Below, piece by piece: positions 25,017-29,899 of a stretch of DNA of 29,899 bases; the first letter of the stretch is position 1; each line of letters opens with the position of its first letter. Made by a program: the position numbers and the translations under genes. Origin of the DNA: Actinomycetota bacterium. GTDB taxonomy: Bacteria; Actinomycetota; Acidimicrobiia; Acidimicrobiales; Ilumatobacteraceae. The stretch is from assembly GCA_041176025.1 (NCBI GenBank), contig JBEDDY010000166.1, positions 1-29,899 of the forward strand, read 5' to 3'. Below the pieces are notes generated by a model. That model saw only the letters and a program-made list of their open reading frames with translations, was not told the origin of the DNA and made no database searches.

Positions 25017-26246
25017 GTGACGACCGGAGGAAGCATCAGGCCCTCCGAGTTGTTCGCCATCAAGCCGTTCCGTTTGCTGTGGGGCAACAGCTTCATCTTC
25101 ACCCTCGTCCTCAGCACCCAGCGGTTCGCGTTCGTCTGGCTGGTGCTCGGCCTCGGCGCCCGATCCGACATCAGCGGCGTCGTGTTGTTCGTGATGGGGG
25201 TGCCAGCCCTTCTGATCTCGCTGCCTGTCGGAGTTCTCTCCGACCATTTCAACCGCCGCGTGCTGCTCATCATCAGCCAGTTGGGCGCCCTGTCCATCAC
25301 CACAGCCACGGCGGTTCTCGTCACCACGGGAACCATCACCGTTGCCTGGGCCGTCGGCTGCAGCTTCGTCAGCGGCATCTTCATTGCTCTCGGGACACCG
25401 GTCCGCACGGCGATCGTCCCCTCATTGGTGGAGCGCGACAAACTCGTCGGCGCCATCGCCGTGAGCACCATCGGGAACAACATCGCTCTCATCATCGGGC
25501 CGGCAACGGCCGGACCGATGATCAAGACCTGGGGAATCCAGGGGGCATTCTGGTTCCAGGCCGTGCTCTATGGTCTCGGCCTCTTGACGCTTCTCCCTCT
25601 CGAGCTTCCTCCTTCGGCAAACACCGAGCGCCGGCGGTTGCGGGAGGAGATCCTCGGTGGCCTCACGTACATCCGCGAGAGCCAGGCCGTCCGCTCCTTC
25701 TTCATCCTCCTCGGCTGCTCGGTGATCTTCATGATGAGCCCGTGGATCGTCCTCGGCCCGCAGATAGCGAAGGAACAGGTGGGAGCCACCGGGAGCCAGA
25801 CCACGTTCCTGTTCGCGCTCCTCGGAGTCGGACAATTGATCACCTCGCTCGGCATCATGCGCTGGAACAACCGCATCAGACAGAAGGGGCTCTGGTTCAT
25901 GTGCGGTCTGTGCTGGGGCTCGACGGTGCAGATTCTCCTCGGACAGTCGGTTGGGTTCGTGTCGATGGGTCTGTTCCTGTTCCTGTGGGGCATCGGCGGG
26001 GGGTTCTACATGAACCTGAACCAGACACTCATCCAGAACAACACACCACCCGCGCTCATGGGCAGGGTCATGGCGATCCAGTCACTCCTCATGTCAGGAC
26101 TGGCGCCCGCAGGCGCCCTCCTGGTCGGTCTCGTCGCCCGCAGCGTGGACTCGGCACCGGCGGTCTTCTCCGTGTGCGGTGCACTGATGCTCCTGTCGAG
26201 CGGCTATTTCCTGACGTTCCACCGCCACCTCAGGCCGATGGCCTGA
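25017..26246 (+). CDS. MFS transporter (DHA3/EntS-like)
   Basis: FRLLW, GVLSDHFNRR (motif A), RTAIVPSLV, IGPATAG, TPPALMGRV, about 12 TM segments. GTG 25017 (TG-G-GACGAT 6 nt upstream) preferred over GTG 24999. Confidence 0.9.
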   Translation: MTTGGSIRPSELFAIKPFRLLWGNSFIFTLVLSTQRFAFVWLVLGLGARSDISGVVLFVMGVPALLISLPVGVLSDHFNRRVLLIISQLGALSITTATAVLVTTGTITVAWAVGCSFVSGIFIALGTPVRTAIVPSLVERDKLVGAIAVSTIGNNIALIIGPATAGPMIKTWGIQGAFWFQAVLYGLGLLTLLPLELPPSANTERRRLREEILGGLTYIRESQAVRSFFILLGCSVIFMMSPWIVLGPQIAKEQVGATGSQTTFLFALLGVGQLITSLGIMRWNNRIRQKGLWFMCGLCWGSTVQILLGQSVGFVSMGLFLFLWGIGGGFYMNLNQTLIQNNTPPALMGRVMAIQSLLMSGLAPAGALLVGLVARSVDSAPAVFSVCGALMLLSSGYFLTFHRHLRPMA

Positions 26247-26253
26247 ACCCACG

Positions 26254-27609
26254 TCACCTTTCGTTGTGCAGCAGGATCGTGTCGGCGTCCGAACGCGCGC
26301 TCAGACGGGACACACACACGACGACCTTGTTGCCGGACACGATCATCCCCGCCCTGCGTGAGACACCGAGTGCCTGCTCGATGGACCGCGTGACGTCCGG
26401 GTTGCGTTCGCCCATCGTCGGGTAGACCCCGCGCACCACGTTCAGTCGCCGGGCTGCGGCCTCGTCGGGTGTGACGGCAATGATCGGGCACGACGGTCTG
26501 CACGCCGCCAGGAGTCTCGCCGAGTACCCGGTGTACGTGAGAGCCACGATCCAGTCGGCATTGATGCGCTTGGCGAGAGCCGCAGCGGCGGCGGTGACGG
26601 CTGCGGTCTCGGGATTCTCGTCAGCGAACCAGTTCGGCATCTGCAGGTTCCGTTCGGCCACCTCGGCGATGCGCACCATCGACGACACCGCAAGGGGTGG
26701 GTTGTGACCGACTGCCGTCTCCCCGGACAGCATCACTGCGTCGAAACCGTCCCTCACCGCCGCACTGACGTCGGCAACCTCGGCCCGTGTGGGCCTCGTG
26801 GACGTCGTCATGGACTCGACCATCTCGGTGGCACAGATGCTGATGACACCCATCTTCAGCGCCGTCAGGGCGATCCTGCGCTGCAGCGACGGCAGTTCCT
26901 CGTAGGGAAGCTCCACACCCAGGTCACCACGCGCCGCCATGACACCATCACTCACGCGGCAGATCTCCTCGAGTCTGTCGATGGCCTGCGGCCGCTCGAT
27001 CTTGGAGAAGATCAACGGCTCGCTGCCTGCAAGCTCGCGCACGCGCACCACGTCCTCGGGGTGCTGCACGAACGACACGGCGATGATCTCGGCGCCCAGT
27101 TCCCGGGCAACGGCGATGTCATCGACGTCCTTCGACGACAGAACGCCACCGAGCACCTCGGTGTCCGGGAGGTTGACCCCCTTCTTCGTGCGGAGCAGTC
27201 CCCCGCGGACGACTGTCAGGGTGACGTCCGAACCGTCCAGACCGGTGATGCGGCACTCGAGGCGGCCGTCATCAAGCAGCACGCGGTGACCCACCTTCAG
27301 ACCGAGCGCATCCGATGAACGGACTCCCGTGTCGAAGCCGAGGATGTCGGTTCCGAGGACGAGGGTCTCCCCTTCCGAGATGGTCCGTTCGGGGCCCGTG
27401 TAACGCATCTTCGGGCCCTGGATGTCCACGAGGATTGCCGTGTCAGGCGACGCTTCGCGCACGCCGAGGAACTGTTGCCGCAACTGGTCCGTGGTGAGAT
27501 GGGAACAGTTGATGCGGATGACGTTGGCACCCGCGGAGACCAGCGCACGGATGCCGTCGGTGGATCCACTGGCCGGACCGATCGTCGCGACAATCTTCGT
27601 GCGTCTCAT
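26254..27609 (-). CDS. pyk: Pyruvate kinase
   Basis: RRTKIVATIGPAS, RINCSH, DIQGPKMR, KGVNLP, KIE, ARGDLGVE, PTRAE, DAVMLSGETA. Confidence 0.96.
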   Translation of the reverse strand: MRRTKIVATIGPASGSTDGIRALVSAGANVIRINCSHLTTDQLRQQFLGVREASPDTAILVDIQGPKMRYTGPERTISEGETLVLGTDILGFDTGVRSSDALGLKVGHRVLLDDGRLECRITGLDGSDVTLTVVRGGLLRTKKGVNLPDTEVLGGVLSSKDVDDIAVARELGAEIIAVSFVQHPEDVVRVRELAGSEPLIFSKIERPQAIDRLEEICRVSDGVMAARGDLGVELPYEELPSLQRRIALTALKMGVISICATEMVESMTTSTRPTRAEVADVSAAVRDGFDAVMLSGETAVGHNPPLAVSSMVRIAEVAERNLQMPNWFADENPETAAVTAAAAALAKRINADWIVALTYTGYSARLLAACRPSCPIIAVTPDEAAARRLNVVRGVYPTMGERNPDVTRSIEQALGVSRRAGMIVSGNKVVVCVSRLSARSDADTILLHNER

Positions 27610-27660
27610 GACCCGTAGAACTCTATGTCCCGTCGGGCACGGAACTCGGGAGCATTCTCA

Positions 27661-27678
27661 TGTTGGAACTTTCCAGCA
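27661..27678. promoter_or_regulatory. Imperfect 18-bp palindrome TGTTGGAA-CT-TTCCAGCA (candidate operator or RNA hairpin)
   Basis: 7 of 8 arm positions are complementary; lies between the tRNA 3' end and the pyk start. Confidence 0.4.
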
Positions 27679-27690
27679 CGACGATGTGTG

Positions 27691-27777
27691 TGGTGTCGAA
27701 GGGGGGACTTGAACCCCCACGCCCTAACGGGCGCCAGCCCCTCAAGCTGGTGCGTCTGCCTATTCCGCCACTTCGAC
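27691..27777 (-). tRNA. tRNA-Leu (anticodon GAG)
   Basis: Reverse complement GTCGAAG...CTTCGAC-A-CCA; D-loop GGCGGAATAGGCAGACGC; anticodon arm CCAGC-TTGAGGG-GCTGG; long variable arm; T-loop GGTTCAAGTCC; CCA is encoded. Sits downstream of secG, a widely conserved arrangement. Confidence 0.97.
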
Positions 27778-27805
27778 GAGGAATCCTCAGGCTACCGAGA
27801 GGTAC

Positions 27806-28045
27806 TCACTTAGCCAAGAGGAATGCGAGCGCAATCACCGAGAAGATCCAGATGGTTGCGAGAACAGCCGTGATGAGGTTGAGGTTCTTCTCCGCCGCCG
27901 CCGACCCGAGGGCGGCACCGGAGGCACCGCCGAACATGTCAGACAGACCACCGCCCTGACCGCTGTGCAGGAGCACCCCGACGATCATGGAAAGCATGGA
28001 AACCACGTTGATGACGATGGTCAGGTACATCACGAAAGTACGCAC
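27806..28045 (-). CDS. secG: Preprotein translocase subunit SecG
   Basis: VLLHSGQGGGLSDMFGG....GSAAAEKNLNLIT, two TM helices. Start is GTG 28045 or ATG 28030. Confidence 0.94.
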   Translation of the reverse strand: MRTFVMYLTIVINVVSMLSMIVGVLLHSGQGGGLSDMFGGASGAALGSAAAEKNLNLITAVLATIWIFSVIALAFLLAK

Positions 28046-28053
28046 GGTGGAAC

Positions 28054-28059
28054 AGCCTA
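28054..28059 (-). promoter_or_regulatory. -10 element TAGGCT for secG
   Basis: TANNNT 8 nt upstream of GTG 28045; its TAG is also the stop codon of the oppF-like gene. Confidence 0.5.
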
Positions 28060-29070
28060 ACGGCGGGTCCCGCCCGTTCCCCTGAGGGAAACCGGCGTGG
28101 AATCGGGGAAATGGCAGGCGACCGAGTGCCCGGGGGCAATCTCGGCGAGCACCGGCTCCTGCTCTGCGCACACGGCCTCTGCCCGCGGGCACCGCGTGCG
28201 GAAACGGCAACCGGAGGGAGGATTGATCGGGCTCGGCACGTCGCCCTCGAGGACGATGCGGTGGCGCTGGCGCTCGAGGACCGGGTCGGGACTCGGCACG
28301 GCGGACAACAACGCCTCGGTGTAGGGATGGGCGGGAACCTCGTGCAGATGTTCCGAGTCGGATATCTCGACGATCTTCCCGAGGTACATCACGGCGATCC
28401 TGTCGGAGATGTGACGCACCACGGAAAGGTCGTGCGCGATGAAGAGGTACGAGAGTCCCATCTCTTTCTGCAGGTCCTGGAGGAGGTTGATGACCCCGGC
28501 CTGGATCGACACATCCAGAGCCGACACCGGCTCGTCCAGGACGAGGAAGTTCGGTTGCAGGGCGAGGGCGCGCGCAATGCCGATGCGCTGGCGTTGGCCA
28601 CCCGAGAACTCATGCGGGAACCGTGACGCATGGTCCCTCGACAGGCCCACGAGGGTCAGGAGTTCGGCCACGCGTTCGGCATGGTCGGACTTCACCTTGT
28701 GGATGTCGAGGGGCTCGGCAATCGCCGAGCCGACGGTGAGACGGGGGTCAAGCGACGCGTACGGGTCCTGAAAGACGATCTGCATCTTCCGCCGGAGCTG
28801 CCGCAGGTCCTCCTTCCCCATCGTGGTGAGTTCGGCATTGTCATAAGTGACCGAACCGGATGTCGGCTCGATCAGGCGCAGGACGCACCGCCCGATGGTG
28901 GACTTGCCCGAACCGGACTCACCGACGAGGCCGAGCGTCTGTCCCCTGCCGACCTCGAACGAGACATCCGACACCGCATGGACCACCTGGTCGACGGACC
29001 GCAGGCCGGTCACCGCCTTCACCTTGAATTCCTTCACCAGGTGCTCGACCCTCAGCAAAGCGTCGGTCAT
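28057..29070 (-). CDS. Oligopeptide/dipeptide ABC transporter ATPase (OppF/DppF-like)
   Basis: [59 protein letters not shown]. Confidence 0.95.
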   Translation of the reverse strand: MTDALLRVEHLVKEFKVKAVTGLRSVDQVVHAVSDVSFEVGRGQTLGLVGESGSGKSTIGRCVLRLIEPTSGSVTYDNAELTTMGKEDLRQLRRKMQIVFQDPYASLDPRLTVGSAIAEPLDIHKVKSDHAERVAELLTLVGLSRDHASRFPHEFSGGQRQRIGIARALALQPNFLVLDEPVSALDVSIQAGVINLLQDLQKEMGLSYLFIAHDLSVVRHISDRIAVMYLGKIVEISDSEHLHEVPAHPYTEALLSAVPSPDPVLERQRHRIVLEGDVPSPINPPSGCRFRTRCPRAEAVCAEQEPVLAEIAPGHSVACHFPDSTPVSLRGTGGTRR

Positions 29071-29899
29071 CGCGCACCCCCCGACAGTTCGACCGCACGG
29101 ATGCAGGCGGTCTGGGTGGAACCCACCTGGACAAGGTCAGTCGGCGCGGTGGCACAGGCGTCAGTCGCATGCGCGCAGCGGGGACGGAACGCGCAACCGC
29201 TCGGCGGAGAGATCATGTTCGGGGGCGAACCGAGGATCGGCTTCAGGCGTTCCTTGTTGTGCGACGGCAGGGACGCGAGCAGACCCTGCGTGTACGGGTG
29301 ATGCGGCGTGGCGAACATGTCGTTCACGAGTCCCCGTTCCACCGTGTTCCCCGCGTACATCACCTCCACGCGGTCCGCGACGCGGGCCACGACCCCGAGG
29401 TCGTGGGTGATGAACACGACCGCCGTGTTCAGGCGTTGCCGGACGTTCTCGATGACCTCGAGAATCTGAGCCTGCACGGTGACGTCGAGTGCCGTGGTCG
29501 GCTCGTCCGCGATCAGCACGTCGGGATCGTTGGCAATCGCCATTGCGATCATCACCCGCTGGCGCATGCCACCCGAGAATTCGTGCGGGTACTGGTTCGC
29601 GCGCACGTCGGGCTGCGGGAGACCGACCATGTCGAGCAGTTCGACTGCACGGGAATGGGCGTCAGACTTGGACATGTCCTGGTGAGCCTGGATCATCTCC
29701 ACGATCTGCGCGCCGATCCTGTGCACGGGGTTCAGTGCCGAGAGCGGGTCCTGGAAGATCATTGCGATCTTCTTGCCGCGCTGGCTCCGCACCTGCTGCG
29801 CAGGGACCCCCACCATCTGGGTCCCGACAACCGTCGCAGAGCCGGAGACAGTCGCAGTCGACGGGAGGAGACCCATGATCGACAGGAACGACACCGACT
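29067..29899 (-). CDS. Oligopeptide/dipeptide ABC transporter ATPase (OppD/DppD-like), partial; 5' end lies beyond the window
   Basis: Enters at the end of Walker A ([10 protein letters not shown]), [60 protein letters not shown] overlap with the next gene. Confidence 0.94.
   Translation of the reverse strand, partial: SVSFLSIMGLLPSTATVSGSATVVGTQMVGVPAQQVRSQRGKKIAMIFQDPLSALNPVHRIGAQIVEMIQAHQDMSKSDAHSRAVELLDMVGLPQPDVRANQYPHEFSGGMRQRVMIAMAIANDPDVLIADEPTTALDVTVQAQILEVIENVRQRLNTAVVFITHDLGVVARVADRVEVMYAGNTVERGLVNDMFATPHHPYTQGLLASLPSHNKERLKPILGSPPNMISPPSGCAFRPRCAHATDACATAPTDLVQVGSTQTACIRAVELSGGAR

Noticed and set aside
25013-26425. 470-aa plus-strand ORF, and similar Arg-rich ORFs such as 3824..4957, 2656..3792 and 22725..23900
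   Set aside because: Off-frame or antisense to confident genes, with low-complexity Arg/Gly/Pro composition and no recognisable motifs.
27691-27777. tRNA-Leu as an integration site for a genomic island
   Set aside because: No integrase, no duplicated tRNA 3' end spotted by eye, and the flanking genes (secG, pyk) are housekeeping.
1-29899. CRISPR arrays, IS elements, REP-like repeats, rRNA
   Set aside because: None seen; intergenic space is too small, and I noticed no repeated units or transposase motifs.

Overview
High-GC (roughly two-thirds G+C by eye), almost fully coding window. Gene content and TANNNT-type promoters point to Actinomycetota; Acidimicrobiia/Ilumatobacter-like is my impression, not a search result. 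I see no mobile element, CRISPR array or rRNA. Gene order: heterodimeric ABC exporter pair (-), DoxX plus an unknown membrane protein (+), hexapeptide acyltransferase (-), type-B carboxylesterase (+), panB-panC-FAD amine oxidoreductase (+), ProA-like dehydrogenase (-), MBL-fold hydrolase (+), TauE and a HemL-like class III aminotransferase (-), a six-gene operon (M20 carbamoylase, N-carbamoyl-D-amino acid hydrolase, SsnA-like amidohydrolase, three-subunit xanthine-dehydrogenase-family Mo hydroxylase; +), ALO-family FAD oxidase (-), DUF35 protein, SCP2-type thiolase, serine hydrolase and MFS transporter (+), then pyk, tRNA-Leu(GAG), secG and oppF/oppD-like ATPases (-). Most interesting: (1) the two-carbamoylase/SsnA/Xdh operon, a candidate variant purine or ureide catabolic route; (2) a polyamine-oxidase-family gene coupled to panBC where panD often sits; (3) an 18-bp intergenic gap that appears to hold overlapping -10 elements for two leaderless genes, with a near-copy of the same motif at a second divergent junction; (4) a probable CTG start codon. 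All product calls come from motif recognition in the translations; no database searches were run.
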